From Callorhinchus milii (taxonomy: Eukaryota): 64,000 nt of DNA. Shown here in pieces: positions 22,791 to 35,214 of the stretch. A program made the translations under genes and the position numbers. How positions within the stretch are numbered: position 1 is the first letter of the stretch; each line of letters begins with the position of its first letter. Under the pieces are notes generated by a model, which searched no databases, was not told the DNA's origin, and saw only the letters and a program-made list of their open reading frames with translations. The stretch covers positions 20,710,001 through 20,774,000 of the forward strand of contig NW_024704742.1 in assembly GCF_018977255.1 (NCBI RefSeq). The letters run 5' to 3'.

Positions 22791-24292
22791 ATATTGTAAT
22801 AATAACAATAATAATCCTCAATAACCCTTACATTTGGCACAGCACCTTTCACATCGGGAGATATTCCCAAAGCGATTCACATGATATGTTGTAAAGTGTG
22901 CGAATGTGGTATCTAAGCAATGCATAGCAATGTTCCATGAATAGCCATGAAGTAACCAGGATTGATCAATTTTATTGGACCCCAGAGGCAACTCCCTTCT
23001 CTTACAGTACCCATATTGTCCCAATAGCTATTCGTTCCATTATCATAAACTGACAGACAGTGATGTATATATAACATAAGTAGTTCGCTCATAGGAATGG
23101 CAGAATTCTTTTATGTTAAGAGGAGCAATGGTTAATGTTTAGAAATGAATCATGACAGAAAATTGATAAATGGAGACCTAAAGATGAGGATAAAAAACAA
23201 GGCCCAATCTGCCTATTTGGGTGGATGTTAAATATCACATGGCACTATTTGAAAAAATGATCAAGTTTTTCTCAGTGTCCAGGCCAACATTGGTAATGAC
23301 AGCTCATTATGCTTCTTAATTGCCTGGATGTACTGAGTTGGACAATGTTGAAGTATAGTCAATTACAAGTCATTTACATGTGGAGCAATGCAGAGGAAAT
23401 CAAGAAGGTAGCTGCATACATCTTGTTTTCATTTAATAAGGGAACATACTTTACAGAGTGATATATATATAACATAAGTAGTTGTTGTCCATCTATTTGA
23501 CAAACTCTTATTGGTTAACCTTTAGAGCCGGTTGGCTGATTTATAGAGGATACACAGAATTCAGCATAACACAAATCTCTCTTTCTTCAATTTGATTTTT
23601 TGTCTGTGTTTCTTCTGCCACTGAGGCTGATGGGATTTACAGAAATGAGCTGGAACAAACCCATGTAGCAGCATTTAATATCTAAACACAGAGAGAACGG
23701 CATATGCAAGATTGAATATGAAATTAAATAACCAGAGGAATGTAGCTGATGTAACAAACTCTTTTACTGTTAATTTGAGAACAAATGGAAACCCATCCTC
23801 ATTATTAATTCATATCTGTAGTTATGAATGATCCAAGAGAGCTAAATATACAGCGAGCAAATCTGAATGAGCTATTTTTGACAATAGGATCTGGAAATAA
23901 TCAAAAGTCCCAAAATTCAAAGCTGTGTTTTCTGCTGGTGAATCACTGATTCCGTGGGGAATGATTGAATTTACAGAGACATTCTGCTGATTCTGCTGAG
24001 ACTGTGACAATTCAATAGACTCTCAATGTGTTAGAAGACCTCAGTACAGTTACAGCACTTTAATTGGTGCCTCAATGGAAGGAAGTGAGTCAAAATGTAT
24101 TGGTAATTAACATATGTGTTATCATTAGAAAGAAGTCCTTCTACTTTTAAGATTATTAAAGCAAACGGCCAAGCTGAAACAAAGAATAAAACACCAGGAA
24201 ATTGCTCTGCAGTCTCCATGAGATCAGGAGAGAAATATATCAGGAACCACACTAACTCCTCTTCCAATTAACAAATGGGGTTTTAATTGGGA

Positions 24293-24520
24293 ACAACAAC
24301 AACAACAACAACAAGATTCCATTTATAGAGCGCCTTTCACGTCAGGAGGACGTCCCAAGGCGCTGCACAGTTGGGTCATGACCCGAGCAGGGGGGAAATG
24401 GTCAGGGTGAGGGAGGAGGGAGCGAGGAGGGGGGAAATGGTCAGGGTGAGGGGAGGGAAGGGAGGGAGCGAGGAGGAGGAAGAGAGTCGAGAGGGGAGCT
24501 GAAGGCTCGGTCAAAGAGAA
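24293..24520 (-). mobile_element. Young L2 3' end
   Basis: Near-identical to 19703-19934. Confidence 0.95.
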
Positions 24521-25024
24521 CGCTATGAAAACCTTATAAAATTGAGATATATAACTGTGTTCAAATACAGATTTTAAAAGTAGCATGTAAAGGAATTAAA
24601 CATAGCAGAAAAATAGAAAGTTTCACCAATAATCTGCTTTACTTTGCAAAATGATACTTTTCCTTCATAGTGCAGAATACAGTCAGGCAGGCAGGTAGGA
24701 CTCTTTCTTTCTTGGTTGCTTCCCTCTGTTCGGACCTCCTTCAGTCCTGCTATATTCCCCCAGAAAGCTTCCCCAAATAAACAGTTTCAGAGGTGGATCT
24801 TCAAAGGTCTCATTAAATTTAGGGTGGCCTCTGTCTTTGGAACAATGACCATGGAACATCTTAAATCTTTAGCAGATTAACACGAGAATGTAAGAAATTT
24901 GGAGAACATTGGTTTTCAAACTTCTTCCTGGGACACGCTGTTGACTGGGTGTGACAATATCGTTTACACAGACGGTCATACACATACAGGCTTGATAGCT
25001 TTTTGCATTTAAAAATATTATCAC

Positions 25025-25552
25025 ATAGGGCTTCAGTCTACAACCTTCTGACTCAGAGGCAAGGTGCTACCAACTGAACCCAGCTGACACCCAATCTGGA
25101 TAATATAATAATTTGATATAAGGCCTTATCACTTCATTGAGACATCTCAAAGCGCTTCACAGAATATACTATAATATATAATATATAACAACAACAATTT
25201 GCATTCTTATAGTGCCCTTCATGGGGGCTAACGTCCCTGAGTGCTTGACAGTGGCAGAGTCTGACAATGAGCCAAGGGGAGAGAGAGGAGGGAAGTGATT
25301 GTAACCACAATCAAAAAGGAAGGTCTTTAGTGGGGATTAGAAGGTGGGGAAGAAGGAGGGAAGGCAAAGGGATTGAGGGAGAGAGTTCCAGAGTTTCGGG
25401 GCATAGTGGCTGAAGGCACGGCCACCGATGGTGGAGTGGAGGTAACTAGGGAAGAACAGGAGGCCAGAGCTAGTCAAGCAGAGGCAGAGGATGGTGGAGT
25501 ATGTGGGTAAGTGGGTCGGATAGGTCGGGAGGGCATGAAGCCCCTGCAGGCA
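25025..25552 (-). mobile_element. Cluster: Deu-like head, SINE tail and old L2 3' fragment
   Basis: Head at 25030-25090; tail at 25100-25170; L2 TIGGRAFSHYAPKLWNSLPQSL at 25187-25552. Confidence 0.7.
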
Positions 25553-25574
25553 TTTCTTGGTAAGTGCTGTAAAT

Positions 25575-25732
25575 ATGCCACCAAGTAAGGAGTTGTCATT
25601 ACGTGAGAGAGTGGACTTAATCAAAACCAGTCAGGGCAAAGGTCATAGACAGTTAGCTGTGATCTATGGCACTGGCAGAATACAAGTTGGATGCATTCTC
25701 AAAAGGAAGGCTGAATACATGACAGCTTTCGT
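25575..25732 (+). mobile_element. pogo/Tigger-type transposase N-terminal HTH (psq/CENP-B-like) remnant
   Basis: MPPSKELSLRERVDLIKTSQGKGHRQLAVIYGTGRIQVGCILKRKAEYM fits the LSLxEKxxxI..RQLAxxFGxGxTQVxxILKxK pattern. Confidence 0.7.
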
Positions 25733-25894
25733 TTTAAATGTGACAATGCCTTTATTTTATCGAGATTGCAAAATATGGTTGTTGAATGTTCATCCCCCTT
25801 GCCCATTACCAATGCCCTTAACATTACATCAGTTGAACTGAATCACCCGACCTGTTTCAGTAATCAGGTCCCCATCACTAACTAGGTCACTTTT

Positions 25895-26252
25895 GCCCAG
25901 TCCCTTGAGTGTCTGGATTAGTGAGGTTCTAACTGTATTTCCTCTGGTGGGGAATCCAGAACAAGGAGGTATAATCTTAACAATAGAGCTAAGACACATA
26001 GGAGTGAAATCATGAGGCATTTTTTCACCCAAAGGGTAGGGGAAATCTGGAACTCTCTCCATCAGAAGGCTGTGGACGATGGATCCATTTACATATTCAA
26101 GACTGAGGTAGATAGATTTTTGTTAGGTCAGGGTATCAAGGGAAATGGGGCAGGGCGGGAAATTGGAGTTGCGGTACAGATCAACCATGATCTTATAGAG
26201 TGGCAGAACAGGCTCGAGTGGCTGAATGGTCTACTCCTGTTCTTATGTTCTA
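25895..26252 (+). mobile_element. CR1 3' end
   Basis: RHFFTQRVGEIWNSL..FKTEVDRFL; terminal GGCTGAATGGTCTACTCCTGTTC. Confidence 0.9.
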
Positions 26253-26829
26253 TATAAAAAAATTGAATGTATATTGTTTGTCCCACAAACAGTCATGGGT
26301 TCAGTGACCAAATCATTATTATTTTTAAATACAGCATTTTTTTTAAATAGATCATTCACAAAGCAGAATTCACTGCACTAATTGTGACCTCTGGTTTGCA
26401 ACTGAAATTGAGGGATTTGCTTCAAAATTTGATGAAAAGGTTTTATTGAAAAAAACGATAATGCATCTTCCAGCTGTTTGTGGGACACTGCTGTGCGCAA
26501 ATTGGCTGCCACATTCGGCTACAAATACACAGTCACTACATGTTACAGTAAATCCTGTAAAGCGTCTGAGATGTTTTGTCAACATGATGGTCATTTATCA
26601 AATGGCACAGCAGCTTAATTTCACAGCTCCTATTTTGGAGCTCTCTGGCCACTGGAGGGCCTCAATGCTGGGTGCAATGTTGTGAATGTGAAACACTGGA
26701 ATCACAAATTGTACTTCAAAATAATTGCAGTATGTTGTTCCATGCATTGCTGAGGCTAAAAAGCCAATAGTCCCATTTGCATGCCACACCTGGAACAATG
26801 TGGTTATCCCGAGACTCCCTTGTACAACT

Positions 26830-27280
26830 TGTGTCAGGAGTAGCCCAGTGGCAGCACTCTCACCTCTGAGTCAGAAGATTGTGGCTTCAACATCGGGACT
26901 TTGAAATCATAGAAATATTATAGTCCAGGTTGAATTCCACTCCCTGGCACCCCTTAACATTCCAATATCCTCCTACCCTACTTTTCCACTCACCTTCTCT
27001 GTTCAACTAACTTTGGTTTACCTTGCCTGACTCACCATGCCACCATTGGTGGCTGAGCTACCGATGCCCCAAACCTCTGGAACTCCTTCCCTTTATCATT
27101 CTATCTCCCATCCTTTCTTTCTATCTTTAGGTTTTCCTGCTCATATCCTACTTTTTTAAATGTGGCTCTGTGCACTTCCCTCTCCACCTCCACTTCTCAC
27201 TTGCACAAACCAATCCCTATAAAGCACTTAAAGACATTACCTTACGTGAAGATACCACATAAATATAAGTCGTTATTATA
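26830..27280 (+). mobile_element. Deu-like head followed by a very old L2 3' fragment
   Basis: CTCTCACCTCTGAGTCAGAAG head; CTCTGGAACTCC and decayed tail. Confidence 0.5.
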
Positions 27281-27396
27281 CTAAAAGGAAACAAGATAAT
27301 CAAGCTTAACATGTATAAAATTTTCCTTGAACAATACATAACCAAAATTCTACCTAGATTTAATCTGTAAGACTATTTTCTCTTGAAATTTGAGAT

Positions 27397-29654
27397 CAAC
27401 AACAACAACACAATTACATTTGTATACCGCCTTTCAAGTCAGGAGGACGTCCCAAATTGCTGGACAGTCAGTGTTTTGGACCTGAGCTGGGGATCGGGAT
27501 CGGGGAGGATGTAGAGCAGCGAGGGAAGGAGGGTGATCGGAGGCATGGTCAAAGAGTAGAGTCTTCAGATGGGTCTTGAAGGAGGCAAGGGAGGGGGCAA
27601 GGCAGAAACTGTGGGATGGAGTTCCAGAGGGTGGGGACAGAGTGGCTGAAGGCTCGCTGACCAATGGTGGGGCAGGCGAGGTGGGGTACCTGAAGCAGGT
27701 TGGTTGAGATTGCAGACGTAGGAGGAGAAAGGCCATGGAAGGCTTTGAAGGTGAGACCCAGGGTCTTGAACTGTATCCTCTGTGTGATGGGAAGTTAGTG
27801 GAGTCGGGCGAGGATGGGACTGATAGGGCCATGGAACCCAGTGCGGGAGAGGACACGGGCTGCAGAGTTCTGGATGAGCTGCAGCTTATGGAGGGAGGAG
27901 TTGGGGAGGCCAACAAGCAGGGAGTTTGCATAGTTAAGCCTGGATGTTATGAATGCGTATATGAGGGTTTCAGCGGCCTGCAGTGTGAGATAATGGTGGA
28001 GCCAGGTGATGGGGGAAGGCAGAGCGGGTCATGGCTGGATATGGGGTAGAAAAGATAGTTGAGGGTCAAACAAGACGCCAAGTTTCTGGACTGGCTTAGA
28101 AGGGTGGAGTGTGCATTCTTGGATGGTGATGCTGGCAGCACTTGAGGTGTAGCGGCGTTGACGGGAGCGAATCAGGAGGGCATAAGTCTTGTTGATGTTC
28201 AACTAAAGAAAGTTAGCTCTCATCCAGGAACTAAGAACATAAGAACATAAGAAATGCTAGATGAAAAAAGACCAAGGTCCATCTAGTTCACCTTCACCTT
28301 CCTGTCGGTCGCAAGCACATATGTCCCAAACTACTTATGTAACATATCCCATAAAGTTATTTCCTAAAAGAAAACTATCTAATCTGTGTTTGAAAGAATC
28401 AACACTTCCTGCTTCAATCATCACCCAAGGGAGCCTGTCGCACAGGTTCACTATTCGCTCACTGAAATAGTGTTTGCATAGATTTGTTCTGAATTTACCC
28501 CCCTTCAATCGCAAGACATGTCCTCTGGTTTTACTACTCAGGACAAGTTGAAGCAGCCTGTCATGATCTATATTGTCTTGCCCCTTTAGAATCTTAAAGA
28601 CAGCAATCATGTCACCTCTTTTCCAGCGTGAACATGCCCAATTTTTTTAGTTGCTTCTCATAGTCCAGTCCTTCCATTCCCTCATTTTGGTTGCCCTCCT
28701 CTGTATCTTCTCGATTTCTCCAATATACTTTTTGTACTGAGGTGACCAGAACTGTACACAGTTCTCTAACTGTACACAGGTCTCACTAATGATTTATACA
28801 ATGGCAGGATTACCCCATTCTTTCAGCTTGCTATTGATCTTTTGATACATCCCAACATCCGGTTGGCTTTACTCACTGCCAATGAGCATTGTTGGGAGCT
28901 TCAATTTATTGTCAATCAGGACCCCCAGGTCCTTTTCATTTTCCATACATATTATTTTCCTTCCTTTCAAGTGATAGACCCTTCCAGGATTTTTTTCTCC
29001 CCATGTGAAGTCCTTTACATTTCTCCACATTGAATTTAATCTGACAGACGGAACCCATCCAGTCTCGATAGATGCCCCTATTCCAAAAGGTGCCCCATTA
29101 TTTGAGAAAATGAAAGCCTGACTCCCTACACCAATGCTTTAACCATGCATTGGTCTACCTAATTACCCTCTGTCTTTCCTTACTAGCACGTGGTACAGGT
29201 AATATTTCGGAAAATACTACACTTGAAGTCTTTCCCTTTAGTTTTCTTCCTAATGCTCTGAATTTAACATGAAGGCCCTCTGGTCTACTTCTATATATGT
29301 TATTTCTTCCCATATGAACAACTACAATTGGTTCCTCACCTGCTCTCTGTACTATTTGGTCAACCCAGTGTATCAGATTCTCAACCTGTGCACCCGGTTG
29401 GCAACTTATCATTTATTTTTCTGCTTCTGGTTTGCACAGAATGCGATCTGTGAACCAAATAGTTAATCCCCTAATATCACAACTTGTCTGCTCCTCTTTC
29501 TCTTCTTCCCTCCTTCCCTGGCAGGCTGCTGGATTGCCTCGGTCCACGGCACTCCCTTGCCTGACTTGATGTCTGACAGACATTCTGTCAGAACAGCAGT
29601 GGTCCTGGAGTCAAGGGTGGAGGGAGAGATAGAGTTGGGTGTTATCCACATGCA
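27397..29654 (-). mobile_element. L2 3' fragment split by a CR1 insertion
   Basis: L2 at 27397-28228 resumes at 29563 (GACTTGATGTCTGACAGA) and ends at a decayed HMYADD near 29652. Confidence 0.85.
28230..29562 (-). mobile_element. Internally deleted CR1: ORF1 SGNH-esterase region joined to the ORF2 C-terminus
   Basis: RQVVILGD, CQPGA, GEEPIVVVHMGRNNI, VVFSEILPVPRA; junction at ~29043 into QIKFNVEKCK; (TTCTTATG)n tail. Confidence 0.85.
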
Positions 29655-30149
29655 TGCTGTTGTTTTTGTTGACTTCAGGTGCGATCTGAAGACAGGCAAT
29701 GAGGGGGCAAGGTGGAGGGATTGAGGCAGGGATTTCCAGAGTTTCTGGGCATAGTGACTGAAAGCACGGCCACTGATGGTGGAGCAAAGGGGACAAGGGA
29801 TGTGCTGAAGACAAAACTTTTGGGCCTATGATCAGTTCCTCTGAGGCTAGGTAGTATTTCAACCCTGTTTGCACTCAGTGAAACAGTGCCAACAATGTAG
29901 CAACATATCAATGTTATATTTGAGTCGATGACTCTGAGCAATATTGAAATAAAATTTGAAAGATAGAATCCAGTATTGAGGTCACGTCTCCACTTTTAGG
30001 TTTTATTGATGAATGAGACAGCCTTGTCGTTAGAGTTCCAGATTTTACTATGATCGGCGGATGGTAGGCAGATGGTGGATTCAAATCATATGTTGGGACT
30101 TTGAGCTGCTAGTCTATGCAGCATTCCTGTGCTGTGTTGGTGATATCAT

Positions 30150-30400
30150 TTCAGATGTTAAAAAGGTGTGATTTCTTTACGCAGCTGGTGGTGTAAATGT
30201 GATACTCGATGCCGGACGTTGTGATTGAAGCAGAAAGCATCAACTTATTGAAGAGGAAACTTGATGCACACATAAGGGAGAAGGGATTAGAGGGGTCTGG
30301 GGGAGCAGAATACGAGGGTTGGAGGCTCATCTGGGATATAAACACTGGCATAGATTAATAGGGCTGTATTATCCGGTCAATATAATTTTATGTAATTTTT
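30150..30400 (+). mobile_element. Old CR1 3' end
   Basis: FFTQLVV..KRKLD-like text; ATAAACACTGGCATAGA terminal block. Confidence 0.6.
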
Positions 30401-30442
30401 AGAGTCATTGAACTGAGGTCTCATCTGCCTGAATTTTAGATG

Positions 30443-30712
30443 GATAATAATAATAATCCTTGCATTTGGTATAGTGCTTTATCGAATTGTCAAGAGGTCT
30501 CAAAGTGCTTTCAAGCACTTTACTTTGAAGTTTAGTGATTGTGTATTTGTAGATGAAAGCGGCAGGCAGACAATTGCTCCACAGCAATGTCGCACAAACA
30601 GCCATGAAGTGAATGATCAATTTTATATGGTGATTGACGGCCAGGATACCGAGAAAAGTTTGCTTCTCCTTTTGGAAAGTGGCATGGGATCTTTATCGTC
30701 TACCTGAGCAGA
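30443..30712 (-). mobile_element. Deu-like SINE, 3' part
   Basis: (TTA)n tail and AAAGATCCCATGCCAC core. Confidence 0.7.
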
Positions 30713-32039
30713 CACTGAAGATATGTTTCTGTTCTATTTCTAATGCCCCAGAGTCATTCTGAAAACGAACAATTCTTCTGTTGATCTAATCTCCAAGCAT
30801 CACACCTCTGCTGTTCAGGCTCTACACTTTGGACAAATTAACAAAGGAATGTTGATCCTAATGTTGAAATGAACCGTCTGATGTGTTGTATGCACAACAT
30901 TTTGCGGGATCCCAGATCTTGTTACAAAAATGTCCAGTGGCTACGTGAGGTCTTCATTAAAGCAACTCCTCAAACTATTCAAGATCCTATTTTGCTAACT
31001 CGTATTTATATGTAGAAATGAAGCTATCGCATTTGCACAATAAGCGATATTAGAGAAGAACATCAAGGTCAATGTAAAGGTGGAGACACAACAGATGAAT
31101 TCAGCAATCAAACAGCATCCCACTTCAGACATCAGTGCTGCAGGTTGCACAGTTGCACTGCTTTAATTAACAGATACTTTGCATCCTTTGAATCAGAGGA
31201 ATGTCAACTCAGGCAGCAGGCTATGAGCAAATTAATTGATAATAAACTTCAAAACCACAGATATGAGTTTGTAGCAGAACACAAAAATTGCAACCTCCTA
31301 TTGCTTCGCAACATAAAACCACTTGGCAAATTCTAAGATATTTTAAATATGATAAGTTTGCTTTCCTAATCTGTTTTCTTCAGTGTGCATCTCAGGATAC
31401 CAAGGAAAATATGGATCAGCGTTTCAATAACAACAACAACACATTATATTTATGTTGCGCCTTTCATGTCAGAAGGATGTCCCAAGGCTGAACAATTAAG
31501 GGTTTGCGTTTGATTGGAATCAAGAGCGGTGGAGGCCATTGATTTTACATATTACTTGGGATATAAGGCTATGAAGAGCTACTAATGCTGATATAAGACA
31601 ACAAGCTCAATCGACGCCATTCACGAGCTCTTGCAATGTGCTCATTCTGCTGACACAGACGCCCAAGATCCATTCACAATACTCCATCTTCCAGCTTGTA
31701 TACTTCATTCACAGCAATGCTGCTGTTCAGCTGGCCCTGAAGTCAAACCTAATGAAACTGGAAAAGTGAATTTATTTACTGTGTTGTGGACAGTTCTGGT
31801 GATTCAGCGGTGCTACGTTTGGAGTCATTACAGTAGTAAAAATGTCAGACCTATATGATGTATGTAACAATTTCTGCTCCACACAAATTGTCACAATCGA
31901 TTACATTTTTATTTTCAAAGAATTAAATAAGATGAATAGCCCACTGTGACACTTAATGCTCCTGTTTTCAGAATGTCAGCCAGAAATGGAAGAATAAAAA
32001 GGAAAGCGATATTAATGTAGATTTGGTCTGATATAACCA

Positions 32040-32850
32040 CCACAACAACAACAACAGCGACAAATTACATTTGTATAGAATCTTACCTGTGGGGAGACAT
32101 CTCAAGGCGCCAGACAGTCGACGATTTTTTCAACCTGAGCTAGGGGTTGGGATCAGGATGGTTGGAGGACTAGGAGGGTTGGGGCAGGAGCCTGACCAAA
32201 GGTGTGGTCGAAGAGGAAGGTTGTGAGATGGGCCTTGAAGGAGACAATCATGGGAGCAAGTTGAAGGGTCTGTAGGATGGAGTTCCAAAGCGTGAGGGCA
32301 GAGAGGCAGAAGGTTTGACCACGAATGGTGGGGTGGGTAGGGCAGAGGATGTGGAGCAGGCCAGAGTCCGCTGAGCAAAGGGAGCAGAAAGATCAGTATG
32401 GAGTTAGCAGGTAGGGTGGAGCAAGGGCATGGAGGGCCTTGAAGGCAAGGACAAGTATTTTGAACTCTATCCTCTGGGGTATGTAGATCTAGTGGAGCCG
32501 GGCGACAGCGGGGGTGATAGGGTCAGGGAGTTTGGTGGGAGATGACACAAACTGCAGAGTTCTGAATAATCTGCAGCTTCCGGAAGGAAGAGTTGGGAAG
32601 ACCAACAAACAGGCAATAAGTATAATCAAGCCTGGATCTGATGAATGTGTGGCTGAGAGTCTCGGCAGCCTGAAGAGAGAGACAGTGGCGGAGCCGGTGA
32701 TGTTGTTGAGGTAGGGGAAGGAAGAGCGGGTCATGGGGTTTGAAGGATAGTTGAGGGTCAAACAAAATGCTAAAGTTCTGTACTGGCTCAGTGAGGTGTA
32801 GAGTGCATCCATGAACGATGATGCTGTCAGCGCCTGATGCGGCAGGACTG
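32040..32850 (-). mobile_element. L2 3' fragment
   Basis: FDPQLSF..AAETLSHTFIRSRLDY..KLQIIQNSA. Confidence 0.9.
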
Positions 32851-34027
32851 TCCGCCAGTATAACACTATGCGGATTATAACAATAGGTGACTTAATAACA
32901 TGTGAATTTGGCTGTGGTTAGAGAGAACAAGAGTTGCTGCATGTAAATATCGTGCCAGTTCAATGAGTGTGATATCTTAAATGGTGATTTGGACAAATAA
33001 AGATAAATTATTTTAAACAGATGCTATCGGGTTGAAACTTTTTCTGGTTGCTTTGTTGCTGTTGTTGTTGTTTGTTCATTGCAATTGTCATTTACTGTAA
33101 ATTTTGCAAGTAAGGGTTTGCCTCCAGTTTTATGTTTCACTCAAGAAAATCTGAGAAACCCTTATGTGAACATTTGAATCATACTGTAAATGATTTTGTA
33201 TCCTACAGATACAGTCTAGATGGAGCGCGTGCATCACCAAGCAGTTAGACATAGCAATGAACATGGAGATATCAAAGCTCACCTCTAATGTTTCATACAT
33301 CAAACACAAGACGCTAAGCAATTAAGTCATAAAGTCAATGGCTTTGTATACTTTGGCTCAGAAACAACGTCAACTGAAAGTGCTATGAACAGATGTCTTT
33401 TGTAACAAAGGGAGAACACATGGAAAATCCCGAGTAATTTGACATCATCTTATGATTCAAGGGCTGGATTTCTATCAGGAATTAAAATACAAATTCCATA
33501 AAAAGAGCCCAGGATTTCAATGTTTTGTTTTTTAACTGATACTAGTAAGTTGATGTCATAATTAAATTGAATCTCTTACCTTGTAGAACATCTCCAGGTC
33601 TATCTGGCATACATTTGAGGAACGTGCAGGCCGTTATGTACATTTGTAAGCATGGTGATGGGTTTCTGCTTGTGTCAGTTACCCAGCTGACGAAAAGAGA
33701 ACGCTGTGGAAGAAACAGTTCATATTTATTTGCCTTCCCGTGTGCTTTCCTCTGCCAATATTCTCAGCTGATCAATAATCTCAAGATCACGAAAGTGGTT
33801 CGGATGAAGAAGGCTCTTTAGCCCCTATGATCTTATCCTTCAGAATATCCACCCTAATGTCTTCCTATTTAAGCATCAAGCTGCATTTTAAAATGAATGC
33901 AGTGGCCTGGTCTCAAACTCCCTTTCTGGTAACCTGTTCCAGTTGTTAATTACCCTCTAGGAGGTAAAGACATCTGTCCTGTAATTGTCCTGTGCAAGCC
34001 TTTCGACGTTTTTTCTGTTTAAGAAAA

Positions 34028-34310
34028 ACTTGCATTTGATATAGTGCCTTATCACACCATTGAAGCATCCCAAAGCATTTCACAGGATTTATTGTAATGT
34101 GTAGAAAATCTGTATTTTGTAGGTGAATGCGACAGCCAATTTTTTTGCCCATAGCAATTTGCTGCACAAAGCCATGAAGTGAATAATCAATTTTTCTGGT
34201 GCTTTGTTGGCCAGGACACTAGGAGAAATTTCCTTTTCTTTTTAAACAGTGGGATCTTTAACACCTTGGGAACAGGCAGGCAGGATCTCAGTTTAATGTC
34301 TTATCCAAAG
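34028..34310 (-). mobile_element. Deu-like SINE, 3' part
   Basis: TTGGATAAGACATTAAACTGAG..AAAGATCCC..GTGTCCTGGCCAAC. Confidence 0.7.
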
Positions 34311-34939
34311 CACTGTTCTGGTATCTTGGTGCATCCAAAAGTATTACTCTGAGTTTAATTTCTCAATCCCATTTTAAATCATTTTAAATCATACATGATA
34401 CATATGATCCCTTCTGAGATTCCTTTTCAAGACTAGAGAGCCCTACCTTTCCTCATTGTTGCTCACAACTCATTCTTCTACCACTTGGGATCATCTCATT
34501 GCTCTCCCCTGTAATGCCTCTAGGCCCTGGCCTTATGCCTCATGCCATGGCAACCAAAACTACACGCAGTACACTAGGTTTGATCAAAGAGAGGAACGCC
34601 TGGCCTCCTGAAGCGACGACAAAACTCTGGAAGAGTTCAAGCCATCTGCTCCTCGTAAAGTACCGGCTTGCCATTCCCACAGCCGGTCACTCGCTGAACA
34701 CGGAGTCTCGCAAACCATCCACCTCAACAGGACTAACACTGTTTGTTGTTGCAGTAATCCTACCCTGAATGCTGGAGCTGTCTAATGTTAGCACTGTGCT
34801 AGAAGGCCTCATTCAGAATTTTACCAGCCAGCAATATTTTTTAATAAATATATATATATTGAAACAACGGTCAGCCAAGCTTGTCTCTGCCTGTCTCCTG
34901 GGGTTACGTGCTGCATTGTGGAGAATTCACTGTCTTGTG

Positions 34940-35214
34940 TCACCTTCTGTTTACCTAGCAGTAAGTAGGAACTCGGCTGTTGGTCGATTGGCGGATCGCT
35001 TTACTGGGGGTAATAATCCCTTCAGAAAATAATAATAATTTGGTCAATCAATCCACGACTGTTGGTAGGACACAGCAGTGCGCAGTTGGCTGCCACCTAT
35101 CGCCCACCGAATATAAGGTCACTGGACTTTACTGCGTATTCTGTGAAGCACTTTGAGACGTCTCAGTGACACGATAGGGCACTTTATCAAATGCAGGAAT
35201 TATTAGCTATTATT
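34940..35214 (+). mobile_element. Long-form SINE lacking the head
   Basis: CTGTTTACCTAGCAGTAAGTAGGAAC block plus tail. Confidence 0.8.
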
